A stretch of 64,000 bases of DNA. It comes from a virus. Within the stretch, counting starts at the first letter, position 1; each line of letters starts with the position of its first letter. The stretch is taken from positions 28,522 through 92,521 of the IMG/VR virus record IMGVR_UViG_3300042471_000228; one strand, given 5' to 3'. The notes under the pieces are model-generated. The model did no database searches and had not been told where the DNA came from. It saw only the letters and a list, made by a program, of their open reading frames with translations. The position numbers were made by a program, and so were the translations under genes. Positions 1 to 10,933 of the stretch are shown piece by piece.

Positions 1-2631
1 TCTCCAGTAATCTTTATACTTCTGAAATAACTCGTCTATTGTTTTATCAAAAATACCAGTTGCTGCACCTGTAGCACCGCTAGTACCAATAGTAGTAAGA
101 TGCTTTTTGAATGCATCATATAGTAACTTTTCAGCTTCATCAGCACGTTCTATATTGTCTTGCTTCTCTTGGTCTGTTAAGTTCTGACCATTTAATAATT
201 TATATGCAGTAACAGCATTCTGTACAGATACAGATAGTGTCTGTAATGTATTTCTTTTTGCAGTTAACTGATTTCTTCTTCTTACAAGTTCTGGTTCGGT
301 AGCTCCTTTTAGATTATCAATTTCTTGTTTTAATAATTCTAATTCTGATTCCATTCCTAGGTTATCAGTAGCACCCATTAGAATGTTACCACCTCGACCG
401 ACACTGAATAAGTTTGCAATATCTCCATATAGCGGATCTAAACCAACAGAACCCATCATAGTTTTGATATCATCCTGTATAGATACCATTCTGTTACCTA
501 CACGATTGTAACTAAAATCATTATACGCAACTAGATCTCTAGCTTCTTCAAAACCTAACCAGTTAAAGAAGTCTGCTTTTGCATCATAAGGATTTGCAAT
601 CTTCTCTACTTCAGTAAGATGTTTATCTACATCATCTATTCTATTAAGTACAGATTGAATTCTTTCTCCTACTGTTTTCTTATCAACAGGATTAGCACCG
701 GGTTTTTCATTGAATGCTTCAGCTAACTCATCATTAGATAATTCTGATAAACCTTGTAATTGCTCTTTGAATAAGTCTAGTGTTCCGCTCTTTCTTAAAG
801 TTTTAATATGAGTGAAAAGAGAATCATCATTTGTATCAATAGCAGTTTTAGTATCATTGTTTAACGCTGCATCTTCAAATACATCCGCTAGATCTTTTTG
901 TTCCTTTACGTTTCTGTAAAGTTTAGAGAAGTATTCTTTTTTATTCTTAGTTAGATCATTAAGTGCTGTAACTACTTTACTATCCCAATCTTTAAACTCA
1001 TTTAGTTTTTTAGTATATGGATTCTCTTTACCTGCATTTTTAGGATCTGCTGTAAATGCTTTCTCTTGACGTTTAAGATTAAGCATTTGTGTATACTGTC
1101 CGGTTTTTGTTACTGCTAAATTTACAGCTTGTATCGGACCCGCCATCAAGAAACCTGATAAGAATACTTCTAAACCTTGACCACTCATTTGTGATTTAAG
1201 TCCGTGTTCCAAAGATTCTTTCATAAAACCTTGATGCGCACGAGAAGGATCATTATAAGTACCTATGTAATACTTCTTCATTGCTTCAGCTACACCTTCT
1301 TGATACACTTCTTGTGTACCTTCCATGACGTTAGCTGACATATATCTTATACCATTCTTAGGAAGATTCTTTACAGATTGTTTTAAAAACTCTTTGTTTG
1401 CAAGTCTTCCTATACCATACAATACTTCATATGGATTCTTTCCACTCTTTAACCAATCAGCATTTTTAATTATACTACCACGAACAGACTTAGAAGCAGC
1501 ATGTTCTACTTGCGCCATACCGGGAATACCTTTAAGTAATCTGTTGAGTACAACTTTATTACTTGCATAGATACCTGCCATGTTAGCGTAACTTGTAGAG
1601 TATCCTGCTTTTAATGCTTGATCATATATCTTCTTAGATTCTTGATCATTAGGATCTCTACCTTCTTTTGCTCTAAATTCTTTTATTAGATCATTAGCAA
1701 CTTCATTCTGTACAAATCCTCCTTCGAGTTTTGCTTCAGATGATACTAAGTTAATCTCACGTAAGTCTCTATAGAATGATCCAAAAGATTTATACGCTTT
1801 TGCAAAATCATCCATTTTATCCCAACCCATTGCAGCTCTCTCACTTTTTCTGAAAAGATCTGCTGTATTTTGAAATGGTAATATAACACGTGATACTTTA
1901 CCTACAGCATCCCATGTTTTTCTTGCTTCGTTTATATTAGAACCTGTTCTAAATACATCTGATAATCTATCAAATGCTTTACCAAGTCTTAATATATTTT
2001 TTGTAGTACCTGCTGCAGCAACACCTGCTCCTACACCAGTCGCTGCTAAACCAGCAAAGACTGCTTCTTCTGCAATAATAGATCCTATAACACCTGCAGT
2101 ATATGCTGAGTTTACACCAAAGTTTACTGCTTTAGCACCGAAACCTTCTCTTGAAGATGAACCGATATTCATATATCTTTCCATCTCAATTGCATTATCT
2201 ACATCAGGTCTTCCTGAAAGAAGATCATCCCAGTTACCAAATGTTCCACTAGCTGCTAATCCTACAAGACGTGGGAACTGTTTAGAAGCTCTTAGAGTAT
2301 CATCCCATAGACTAGACTTTTCATTATATATAGTTTCGTTATCTCTGAATGGAGAAAATCCTAATTGTTTAAACTTAGGATGCGCATAATATCTATCAAA
2401 GTTTTGTCCGTTTACATCTGAGTTAAAAGTATACGGTTTATCATATTTTAAAACATCTGCTTTAGGAGCTTCAGTAAGAAACTTATTCATGTCAGCCATC
2501 GCTCGCTCGCGAGCTTCTGCTGCAGTTTTTGGTGCAGGTTGTGGATTTGGTCCTGTTAATGCGTTACCTACATTTTTTCTAATATCAACATTAAAAGGCT
2601 TACCACTTGGTAAATTATATATTCTACTCAT
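1..2631 (-). CDS. N-terminal 877 aa of a giant virion cargo/ejection protein (partial, runs off the window; missing from the ORF track)
   Basis: ATG at 2631 overlaps the end of the 1053-aa ORF. It reads MSRIYNLPSGKPFNVDIRK... and appears open to base 1. It has a Gly/Ala hydrophobic segment (AGLAATGVGAGVAAAG) and an EGTQEVYQE motif. Its position after the muzzle and cargo genes is where crAss-like giant cargo/RNAP proteins lie. Confidence 0.8.
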   Translation of the reverse strand, partial: MSRIYNLPSGKPFNVDIRKNVGNALTGPNPQPAPKTAAEARERAMADMNKFLTEAPKADVLKYDKPYTFNSDVNGQNFDRYYAHPKFKQLGFSPFRDNETIYNEKSSLWDDTLRASKQFPRLVGLAASGTFGNWDDLLSGRPDVDNAIEMERYMNIGSSSREGFGAKAVNFGVNSAYTAGVIGSIIAEEAVFAGLAATGVGAGVAAAGTTKNILRLGKAFDRLSDVFRTGSNINEARKTWDAVGKVSRVILPFQNTADLFRKSERAAMGWDKMDDFAKAYKSFGSFYRDLREINLVSSEAKLEGGFVQNEVANDLIKEFRAKEGRDPNDQESKKIYDQALKAGYSTSYANMAGIYASNKVVLNRLLKGIPGMAQVEHAASKSVRGSIIKNADWLKSGKNPYEVLYGIGRLANKEFLKQSVKNLPKNGIRYMSANVMEGTQEVYQEGVAEAMKKYYIGTYNDPSRAHQGFMKESLEHGLKSQMSGQGLEVFLSGFLMAGPIQAVNLAVTKTGQYTQMLNLKRQEKAFTADPKNAGKENPYTKKLNEFKDWDSKVVTALNDLTKNKKEYFSKLYRNVKEQKDLADVFEDAALNNDTKTAIDTNDDSLFTHIKTLRKSGTLDLFKEQLQGLSELSNDELAEAFNEKPGANPVDKKTVGERIQSVLNRIDDVDKHLTEVEKIANPYDAKADFFNWLGFEEARDLVAYNDFSYNRVGNRMVSIQDDIKTMMGSVGLDPLYGDIANLFSVGRGGNILMGATDNLGMESELELLKQEIDNLKGATEPELVRRRNQLTAKRNTLQTLSVSVQNAVTAYKLLNGQNLTDQEKQDNIERADEAEKLLYDAFKKHLTTIGTSGATGAATGIFDKTIDELFQKYKDYWR

Positions 2632-5600
2632 TTGTTTGTTCCTGTGATGGTGTTCTCAATAAATCAAAGTTTTGCTTGTATCTAGATGCAAGCTCAAGAT
2701 TAATCTTTTCATACATATCATTTACATCAAAGTCACCGTAGTCACCCATTACTAATTCTTCTAATTGACCAGTTTCAGGATTCATATACTTACGTGTTAA
2801 TGTAAAGGATTTAGTACCGCTAACTGGATCTTTTACAATAGAACCGGTTCCACCAAATTCATTGTAAGCATTTACGTCAACTCTTCCATTATTATGTAGT
2901 AAGAACTCTTGAGGTGTTGGTTCTGTCGATGTAAAGAAAGTTGAACTTACTTTATCTCTATCAAGTAATAGAGAGACTTTATTATCTCCTGATTCTGCAA
3001 GACCTGCTGTAATACCGGGATTGTTCTCACTACCATCATATTTGTTTATGAAGTCTTGATCAATCTCAAATGTTACAGCTACTTTGTTAGGATTATTTTG
3101 TGTAATACCAACTCTTGTAATATCAAACAATGGACGTTTACTATCTTTAGTTTTCCATTTTGTTGACAAAGATTCTTTTAAAAGATTTGAAATAATAGAT
3201 TGTGCTTGTGTAGAGTTGTTAACCTCATCTTCTCCGGTTATGTTTGTAGCATCTCCTAATGTAAACAAAGCACCTTTCATAGTAGGATTACTTAATGCAG
3301 GAGCAATATCTTTCAAGTATAGATCTTTTACAACAGCTCTAAGTGGTCCAGGTTGAGCAGGATCAAAAGAGAATCTGCGATTGTTTCTTCCAACAAGACC
3401 ACCACCTTCACCAACAGTATTTACACCAATACCTAATCCGGGAACTTCACCTCTATCATAAACACGATTGTATCTTTCCATTGCTGTCTCATATACATCG
3501 GCAGCGTCATCCATAACAATATCCATAACAAATGTTGCTGCAGGATTCATCATAGGATTATCAATTGTGTTTCTATATTTTCTAGAATATTCATTGATAA
3601 ATTCCCGCTCACTTCTTCTATGACCAGTCTCATCAATTAATAATTCAGTACCATCATTACCATATAATCCAACAAGTCTTTGACGAATTGCTAAATCATC
3701 TTTACGTGCTTTCTTAAATGCAGATTGACGCATCTGATCAGCTGTCTGAATTCTTTGATTAATTTCAGTAGATCTTGACTTAAATGTTTGCTTTCCTCTG
3801 AAAAGACCATTACCTTCAGTTGCAATAAAACTATCTAGTCGCTTATTAATATTCTGAATGTTATAAGGACTATTAGGATTACTAGCATCTACGTGACCTT
3901 TAACATTTACTATTCTACCAGAATCATCAACATAACCACCTTGTGTTACTGTAGGAGGTACTGTTTCTTCATCATCTGATAGATAGTTATATAAACCTGC
4001 TCCAACAGCAGTTACTCCTGCTGCTACTAACAATCCCCAACCTACTGGGTTCCATGCATTTACTGTACCTGCTGCTGCTAATGGTACAGCTGCACTTGCG
4101 GCAGCTACACCAGCGGTACCTGCTGCTACTGCGATACCTCCTGCAGCTACTCCTGGTGTAAGAGCATCAGTACCTCTTTGAGCTTGTGTTGTAGGTGTTG
4201 ATACAACTTGTGCTTTACCAAATATTTCTTCTTTCTGTCTCTTAGCACTTGCAACTTGTTCTTTAGAATATGCACCTGGGTTATTAATAATGCTATCAAG
4301 TTCAGAAAGTACAAATGTCATCTTCTCTTGAACAGCCATATCATAATCACCCATCTTCGCTTTCACTTGTTGTTGTGCTATTGCAGCAGCACCACCTTCA
4401 GGAATACCTGTTCCACCTGGTCCAGGTTCAACAGGAATACCTTGTTCATTAAAGTCAAGTGTTGATTCACTACCAGGTAGTCCACCATTCTCTAATGTAT
4501 ATTCAAATAATTTTAATTCTTTTTGTTTATCGAATTTAAGCATCTCCATCTCATAATCGATAGCTGCTTTGTATTCGATCTCTTCCATTTTTAAACCATG
4601 ATCAAATGATGCTAGAGCATATTTATCTTCGGTTATCTCTTCTTCCATTGTAAGATTAGCATACTGTGATGCATAATCAAACATTTCAGATGTCAATAAA
4701 CTCTGTGCTTTTGCAGAGTCAACTCTATAACGCATTGACTCAATATCTAAATTCTGAGCATTCTCAGTTTCATTGAGTGCTTGTGTAGAAGCATTTGCTA
4801 CACTATTAGCAGATTCTTCTTGACTATTTAGATTGTTTAAATAATCTAAGAAGTTTTGATCTGCTACATCATTAACGGGAACGTCGTTTATACTTTTCTC
4901 TGCAACTTTATTAGAATCGCTAATAGAAGTTTTAACAGACTCAGCGTCTTTTAATAACTTCTTCTGTTGTTCATTAATCTTAGCGAGTGCATCATTTAGA
5001 TATATTCTCTCAGCTTCTTCATCAGAACCATAAACACTAGCGTTACCTGTAATAAAATCTTTTCTATCTAAGTAAGCTTGTGTTTTATACATCTCTATAG
5101 CCTGTGGATTATTCAGAGTTCTATTCATGAATGTCTGAGTCAAGTCTTCAACAATACCAGGACCATTCTTAACAGTTACTCTATATTTACCATCAGGAGT
5201 TAGAGTTACCTCAGTTCTTTCAAAACCCATTTCTTTTGCAAACGCCATTACGTCTTCGTAAACATTTACATAAGGTGTATATGTAGGATTCTGAAATGAT
5301 AGAGATTGATCAGCTGTAGCTTTTACAAAATCTTCAGCTTGATAATTTAATGCGCGAACACCACCATCCCACCATTTTCCTCCACACTTTTTAGGATCTG
5401 TACAATTTTTAAGTGCTTCAGCACGAGATTGTTGATTTCTCCAATTCTTAGTATAAGAAATATCTTTTTGAATATACTTATCATCTATGATAGGTTGAAA
5501 TACTTTTTGAGCAGCAGATACATTTTGTTCTTTAGATAGATCTAACCCCGCTACCTTTTTTATTTCATTATCAATTTGTGTAAAGAACTGATCTCTTCGT

Positions 5601-5785
5601 TCTATATTATCAGAACGAAGCATTTCTGAGTTTAGTAATGTCCCATAGATGTTACTTAATTTTTCATAACCTGCTTTATACTGAGCTTCTTTTGTTTGAA
5701 GAGCATTAGTATAAAAATTAAAGTCGGGTTTAAAAGGTTGTAACCTAGGTATATAATCTGTTATTCCTTGTATATAGGTAGCCAT
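2624..5785 (-). CDS. Virion cargo/ejection protein with membrane-inserting segment
   Basis: 1053 aa, mostly helical, with a long Ala/Gly hydrophobic stretch containing WNPVGW; synteny. Confidence 0.7.
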   Translation of the reverse strand: MATYIQGITDYIPRLQPFKPDFNFYTNALQTKEAQYKAGYEKLSNIYGTLLNSEMLRSDNIERRDQFFTQIDNEIKKVAGLDLSKEQNVSAAQKVFQPIIDDKYIQKDISYTKNWRNQQSRAEALKNCTDPKKCGGKWWDGGVRALNYQAEDFVKATADQSLSFQNPTYTPYVNVYEDVMAFAKEMGFERTEVTLTPDGKYRVTVKNGPGIVEDLTQTFMNRTLNNPQAIEMYKTQAYLDRKDFITGNASVYGSDEEAERIYLNDALAKINEQQKKLLKDAESVKTSISDSNKVAEKSINDVPVNDVADQNFLDYLNNLNSQEESANSVANASTQALNETENAQNLDIESMRYRVDSAKAQSLLTSEMFDYASQYANLTMEEEITEDKYALASFDHGLKMEEIEYKAAIDYEMEMLKFDKQKELKLFEYTLENGGLPGSESTLDFNEQGIPVEPGPGGTGIPEGGAAAIAQQQVKAKMGDYDMAVQEKMTFVLSELDSIINNPGAYSKEQVASAKRQKEEIFGKAQVVSTPTTQAQRGTDALTPGVAAGGIAVAAGTAGVAAASAAVPLAAAGTVNAWNPVGWGLLVAAGVTAVGAGLYNYLSDDEETVPPTVTQGGYVDDSGRIVNVKGHVDASNPNSPYNIQNINKRLDSFIATEGNGLFRGKQTFKSRSTEINQRIQTADQMRQSAFKKARKDDLAIRQRLVGLYGNDGTELLIDETGHRRSEREFINEYSRKYRNTIDNPMMNPAATFVMDIVMDDAADVYETAMERYNRVYDRGEVPGLGIGVNTVGEGGGLVGRNNRRFSFDPAQPGPLRAVVKDLYLKDIAPALSNPTMKGALFTLGDATNITGEDEVNNSTQAQSIISNLLKESLSTKWKTKDSKRPLFDITRVGITQNNPNKVAVTFEIDQDFINKYDGSENNPGITAGLAESGDNKVSLLLDRDKVSSTFFTSTEPTPQEFLLHNNGRVDVNAYNEFGGTGSIVKDPVSGTKSFTLTRKYMNPETGQLEELVMGDYGDFDVNDMYEKINLELASRYKQNFDLLRTPSQEQTNE

Positions 5786-5811
5786 AATTCTTTGTAAATA
5801 TACTAAATAGT

Positions 5812-8430
5812 TTAACCTTGATCATAATAACCACCATATCCAGCTCCTGTTTGCACAGGATACATTGATGCTAATGATTTCATATAGTCATCTGCGTAAT
5901 TGGATTGAGTATTATCTGACATTAATTTCAAGAGTGTTTCATCATCTTCTTCTGGAAAACGATTTCTCAATAATGCAAAAGCATCCGCTTTCTGTTGACT
6001 ATAAGGATTACTTGGATTTAGTTCATCACCTCCTGTAAATTCTACAAAACCACCAGAAGAAGGATCTGTCATATAGTGATTACCATACACTTCGTTTAGT
6101 GCTTGTCCTTGTGCTCTATTAGTAATGGCATTAATTAGAGATTCTCTAATTCCTTGTCTTGCTTGAGCATTAGCATTATCAAACTGTTGATTAGCAATAA
6201 TAGTTTTATCATAGTAATCTTGCGCAGATGCTGCGTTTGCCATTCCAGTTTGATTGAATATATTTGCTTTTGTCAACTCAAACTGATTTGCCGCACCTAC
6301 ATTTATATTGTTGTATCTACCTAGTGTATCAGCAGTAGCTTTAGCAGCATTACCTTGAATCTGAGAAGCGCGTGCGTTGTATGCTTGTGCAGGTGCATAT
6401 GCTCCAGCACCTTGAGTAGCAATATTTGCTTGCTCAGATATTGCAGCAAGTTCTCTAGTGGGATCGTAAAAAGTTGGTTCTGGTATATACGGTGCTAACT
6501 TAGGTGTCCACGGCATGTATTTCTTTACACGCATTAAATCACCAAAAGCACCTGCTGTAGCAATAGCATCTTGTAACCACCATTCAGCACCAGGTCTTTC
6601 ACGTCTTTGAGTTACATCAAGTTCATTTGTTGGTATTTCTCCTGGTCCTTCTGTTTCATCAACTTCAACATCTTGCATCTCAGGATCAATAGTGTATGCA
6701 TCTAAATGATCTAGACCAATTTTTGCATCATCAGCACTTCTATAAATTTTACCTTCTGCACCTTTAAATGTTCTTTCATTTCTTGCCGTCAATCCATCTT
6801 TAGGATCTGTTACAAACTCTTTAGTATATAGTTTAGATGGATCGTTTACTTTATCTCCTAGTTTCTTTACATCATAACCATACAAACTAAGCATACCTTT
6901 ACGATTTTGAATCTTAGACGAATCATCTAAATTTTCATAATCATCAAAAGTACCATTAGGATTAGTAGCTTGCCAGTATCTGAATTCTAACATATCAGGA
7001 TCAGCAAATCCATAGAAACCATCATCTCTTTTCTTTCCTTTTCCTTTTGGTACATTAGCTTCAGTTGCATTTTCATATTGAGATTGTGAAGCAATTTTAA
7101 ATCCAGGAGCACCAAGATCTTTTAATCCTGTGCCTTTATTGTAAGATGATACTTTTGTAATAAAGTCTTTATCTTTTAAAGACATTGCATCTTTTGCTCC
7201 TGCATAGATGATCCAACCATCATTTGTTTTTTTAGCAAATCCTTTTTTATCTAGATCTTCTAAAAGAGCATTTGCTGCTTTTACATCCTCTTCAATAGAT
7301 CCGTACTGAGGTTTATAATTCTCAGCACCTGAGAAAGACTGTCTTGTAGGAGTATTCTTATAGCCTATTTTAGTTACTTGTCTAAGTTTACCATTAGCAT
7401 CTCTAAAGTAGTCACCAGCTTTTAAACTAGGATCACCTTGTTTTTTTACCTTAGACTCATCAATTTTTGCTTTAGATGGTTTACTCTGACTTACAGTTTT
7501 CTGAGTAGTCTTATTTGTTGTAGTGTTCATTACTGTACCAGGCTTAATAAAATCATTTGGTACACTAACACTTTGCGGCATTGCAACACCTCTTCCGTCT
7601 ACATAATACGCTCTACCTTGTGGATCAACATTTAAGTATATACCACTAGTAGGATCGAACTGTTGCTGTTGTCTTAGTCTATCTAATCTCCTTTGCAAAC
7701 GATTCTGTCTTCTTACATTCATACCAAACTGTGCTTCCGGCATAGTTTCTTCATCTACAAATTCTTGTTCAGAAGGATTCTCCATTTCATACATGTCATC
7801 ATCCAGCATCTCTTCCTGACCAGTCTCTTCAGTTCTTAATGGTAGCATATCCTTAGGATCAATCTGATTTACCATCATATATGGAAGTGCTACAGTAGGA
7901 ATACCATCTGGGAATCCTTTCATAGATTCTTGATATGCAGCAAGCTTTGCTAACTTAATATTGTAGTTAGAAATCATCTGCTCAGCAGTTTCCTTGCTAC
8001 GCTTATCTAAATCAGGATCAGCAAGAATCTCACGATACTTATTGATATCATATTTCTTAGCAATAGCTGCAGGAGTTTTAGATTTAGTTTCTCCAAACTC
8101 TGCAAGAATCTCAGGATCCTTTATAATCATTGCACGAGTGTCACTAAAAATAAAACTCTCATCTGGTACATTTAAGGGTACACCTCCTTGAGCATGTCTT
8201 TTACCTGATATATTAAAATGTGCAGGTAGACCACCAACTTTAGTTAGTACTGTTTCACCACCTTCAGCTTCTATAGTAGCTTGCTTTCTAGGTGCAGCTG
8301 TCAAGTTTTTTCTAACCTTCATAGGTTCTTGACTCATACCATTAGGTATGTACATTGGAGCTAGTTGATTGTAACTAACTCCTCCGTCTTTTTTCTGAGG
8401 TATGCTTTTTATTTTTACTCTTCTAACCAT
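5812..8430 (-). CDS. Virion cargo protein
   Basis: 872 aa; IEAEGGE...GKRHAQGGV...FIFSD N-terminal motif typical of crAss-like cargo proteins; Q/A/N-rich helical C-terminus. Confidence 0.7.
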   Translation of the reverse strand: MVRRVKIKSIPQKKDGGVSYNQLAPMYIPNGMSQEPMKVRKNLTAAPRKQATIEAEGGETVLTKVGGLPAHFNISGKRHAQGGVPLNVPDESFIFSDTRAMIIKDPEILAEFGETKSKTPAAIAKKYDINKYREILADPDLDKRSKETAEQMISNYNIKLAKLAAYQESMKGFPDGIPTVALPYMMVNQIDPKDMLPLRTEETGQEEMLDDDMYEMENPSEQEFVDEETMPEAQFGMNVRRQNRLQRRLDRLRQQQQFDPTSGIYLNVDPQGRAYYVDGRGVAMPQSVSVPNDFIKPGTVMNTTTNKTTQKTVSQSKPSKAKIDESKVKKQGDPSLKAGDYFRDANGKLRQVTKIGYKNTPTRQSFSGAENYKPQYGSIEEDVKAANALLEDLDKKGFAKKTNDGWIIYAGAKDAMSLKDKDFITKVSSYNKGTGLKDLGAPGFKIASQSQYENATEANVPKGKGKKRDDGFYGFADPDMLEFRYWQATNPNGTFDDYENLDDSSKIQNRKGMLSLYGYDVKKLGDKVNDPSKLYTKEFVTDPKDGLTARNERTFKGAEGKIYRSADDAKIGLDHLDAYTIDPEMQDVEVDETEGPGEIPTNELDVTQRRERPGAEWWLQDAIATAGAFGDLMRVKKYMPWTPKLAPYIPEPTFYDPTRELAAISEQANIATQGAGAYAPAQAYNARASQIQGNAAKATADTLGRYNNINVGAANQFELTKANIFNQTGMANAASAQDYYDKTIIANQQFDNANAQARQGIRESLINAITNRAQGQALNEVYGNHYMTDPSSGGFVEFTGGDELNPSNPYSQQKADAFALLRNRFPEEDDETLLKLMSDNTQSNYADDYMKSLASMYPVQTGAGYGGYYDQG

Positions 8431-8436
8431 AATTAA

Positions 8437-10896
8437 TTAGTCTAAGTATTCAACTTGTCCACCCATGTTAATGATCTCCTGAATCTCTTCGTCACTCAAA
8501 TAATATTCTCCACCTTTCTTATAGGATCCTCCATATCTAGCATATGGTGATGTAAAGTTATATCCGGGAAATTGTACAGGTACTTGTTGATCAAGTCTAA
8601 AGTATCCTTGATCATTATAATCACCTCTGTCCTTTTTTGTATTTTTTGTATATACCTGATCGGCAGACATTTTATTATACACTTCCTTTTTCTTCTTTTC
8701 ATTACCCATATTCTGAGTAAAACCTTCTATAAGATTTAAACCTGCCAACATTGTTGGTGCTTCGTATGGATTATAACTTCCCAATTTTTGTCTTACTCTT
8801 GTACGACTCTTTAGTTCAAGATCTTCATTTGCTCCTTCAGGCGCTTCTTCGTAAATAGTATTACCTGCGTAATCTTCACGTTCTGTAGTATCGTATCCAT
8901 CCATACTATAACCAGCTGTTCCAAATGGATCTTCTTCTTCTTCTTCATATTCAGAACCCATTTGATACTGAATGAGACCACCATATTCTTTTATGTATTC
9001 AGGTCTCATATATTGAGAGAAAGTTTCTGCTTCAGATGGTCCCATCATTCCAGGTGCAGGTCGCCAATTACCTATTCTATTATAGCGATTCTCTAATCTG
9101 TCTAGTTTATTGGATTCTCGTCTAGTTAAACCTTGTCCGTATTGCTCTCCTAAATTACCTTCACGTTGATACAACTCATCTATTCTAGAACCTAAATTAC
9201 GTCTTCTATTCTGGAAAGATTGATTACGCAGTTCAGAATATGCATTGTTATAACCTCTTGGATCATACACAGATTTCATAGGAATCTGTTCTTTCTGAGA
9301 TTTCATTTCTCCGACAGACATAGGATTTCCTCTCTCTGTATAATTAATATCACGATTATTTCGTGCAGCTCTATTAAAGATAGAACCTCTTTCACCAGTA
9401 GATTCTGCAGATTCTGCAGATTGAGATCCTGCGGTATTACCTAATGCATTTCCTGAAGGACCATATGTATCAAAATAAAAGTCTATAGACTTAGCTCTGT
9501 TACCAGGTAATAGAGCACGTCTCTTATTGATACTCATACGAGATAAGAAAGTTCTGTATTCAGCTGGTGTCATTCCTGCTGCAGCAGCTTCTTTCTTTTC
9601 TTGTTCACTTCCTGCTGCGGGTGCTCCTGCATTTGTAGAAGTTCCTTCTTTAGTTCCTTCTTTTCTTGCTGCTGCTTCCTCTTCTTTCTTCTTAGCAATA
9701 TCATCTATAGTTTTTTCTACAATAGATTCTTTTTTAGAATCATCTTCTGTTTTTAAAGTAGTAGGACCTTTTGATTGCAATTTAACAGGGGAATCCGTAA
9801 AAATAGGATCAATTATACTAGCATCAATTTCTTGAGGTGCAGCATTAGGATCTATGGGAACAGGTAGATATTCTTCTTCTTCTCCTTCAGGAATTAGTGA
9901 GATATTACGCATTTTATTTCGAAAATCTAATTGAGATTGAATATCAGTAGGATTTTCTGGAATGTATTCGTTATCCGGATATGGTGATAAAGAATTTCTA
10001 TTTATTTCATATTGTGAACGTACTTCAATAGGTGTTCCTGCTCCAGGTACATTTTCTGAAAGAATGTTTTGATTATATGATGGATTCTGAGTAGTAAGAC
10101 CTAATGATGGAATACTTGGAACATAGTTAACTATATTAGGATTAACTCCTTGTGCAGCATTAGGATCTATAGGAATAGGTAAATATTCTTCTTCTCCTTC
10201 AGGAAGTAGTGAGATACCAGAACGTAATATAGGAGGATTCATATGATCAAACGGTAGTGTTGCTTGATCTCTAAAATTACGACCCATCTGTGCAATAGGC
10301 ATCTGTTTAGTCTTTATCTTTTTAACGTACACATCATCAGGTGTACCCGCCCATTCTTCAGCAAGTGTTAAGAAATTATCTTGAAGTTTTCCTATATTAG
10401 CATTATTACTATATGCATCCATCCAAGCATTTGCTTTTGTGAAATCAGGTTGAGGACCAGCAAATCCACCGTATTGGAACATATTAGTCAATTCATTCTC
10501 GTACTCAGAAGCTTCGTTCATTAACTCTTCTTCCATAGTAGACATAGCTTTTTCTTTGACCTTTCTCAAGAAATCAGCTACTCTTGTTGACTTTTGAGAA
10601 CCCATGTCCATGGAAGATCCACCATCCTGCATCTTTCCATAATGCTGCATGTACTGCATATTCATCTTCTGAATATCATTCATTGCTCCACCATCCTGAA
10701 AAACAAAAGGTGTTTTAGGAGTAGGTGCACCATAGTTAAAGAACTGGTTCATAGTAGGTGCTTGTGGAAATGCTTCACCACCGGTTTTTCTAATCCGTGG
10801 TGCAAAACGTGATGGGTTACTATACATAAGGAAATCTCTTAATTCTATTGCAAGAGGATTGTTTTTTTTATTATTACGAGAGTTTCGTCTTTTCAT
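8437..10896 (-). CDS. Low-complexity virion cargo protein with many xxGG motifs
   Basis: 819 aa; FQDGG, MQDGG, FQYGG, KEYGG, ARYGG and YKKGG motifs; internal duplication. Confidence 0.65.
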   Translation of the reverse strand: MKRRNSRNNKKNNPLAIELRDFLMYSNPSRFAPRIRKTGGEAFPQAPTMNQFFNYGAPTPKTPFVFQDGGAMNDIQKMNMQYMQHYGKMQDGGSSMDMGSQKSTRVADFLRKVKEKAMSTMEEELMNEASEYENELTNMFQYGGFAGPQPDFTKANAWMDAYSNNANIGKLQDNFLTLAEEWAGTPDDVYVKKIKTKQMPIAQMGRNFRDQATLPFDHMNPPILRSGISLLPEGEEEYLPIPIDPNAAQGVNPNIVNYVPSIPSLGLTTQNPSYNQNILSENVPGAGTPIEVRSQYEINRNSLSPYPDNEYIPENPTDIQSQLDFRNKMRNISLIPEGEEEEYLPVPIDPNAAPQEIDASIIDPIFTDSPVKLQSKGPTTLKTEDDSKKESIVEKTIDDIAKKKEEEAAARKEGTKEGTSTNAGAPAAGSEQEKKEAAAAGMTPAEYRTFLSRMSINKRRALLPGNRAKSIDFYFDTYGPSGNALGNTAGSQSAESAESTGERGSIFNRAARNNRDINYTERGNPMSVGEMKSQKEQIPMKSVYDPRGYNNAYSELRNQSFQNRRRNLGSRIDELYQREGNLGEQYGQGLTRRESNKLDRLENRYNRIGNWRPAPGMMGPSEAETFSQYMRPEYIKEYGGLIQYQMGSEYEEEEEDPFGTAGYSMDGYDTTEREDYAGNTIYEEAPEGANEDLELKSRTRVRQKLGSYNPYEAPTMLAGLNLIEGFTQNMGNEKKKKEVYNKMSADQVYTKNTKKDRGDYNDQGYFRLDQQVPVQFPGYNFTSPYARYGGSYKKGGEYYLSDEEIQEIINMGGQVEYLD
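9838..10215 (-). repeat. Internal duplication ISL(L/I)PEGEEE(E)YLP(I/V)PIDPNAA, 2 copies (about 9838-9904 and 10153-10215)
   Basis: Visible at both DNA and protein level. Confidence 0.9.
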
Positions 10897-10933
10897 CTGG
10901 CTAATATAGTGATTATATACAAGATACTAAAAT

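Noticed and set aside
1-2631. Calling the partial giant ORF the virion RNA polymerase
   Set aside because: No DxDxD catalytic motif was seen in the visible part, so the identity cannot be fixed from this window.
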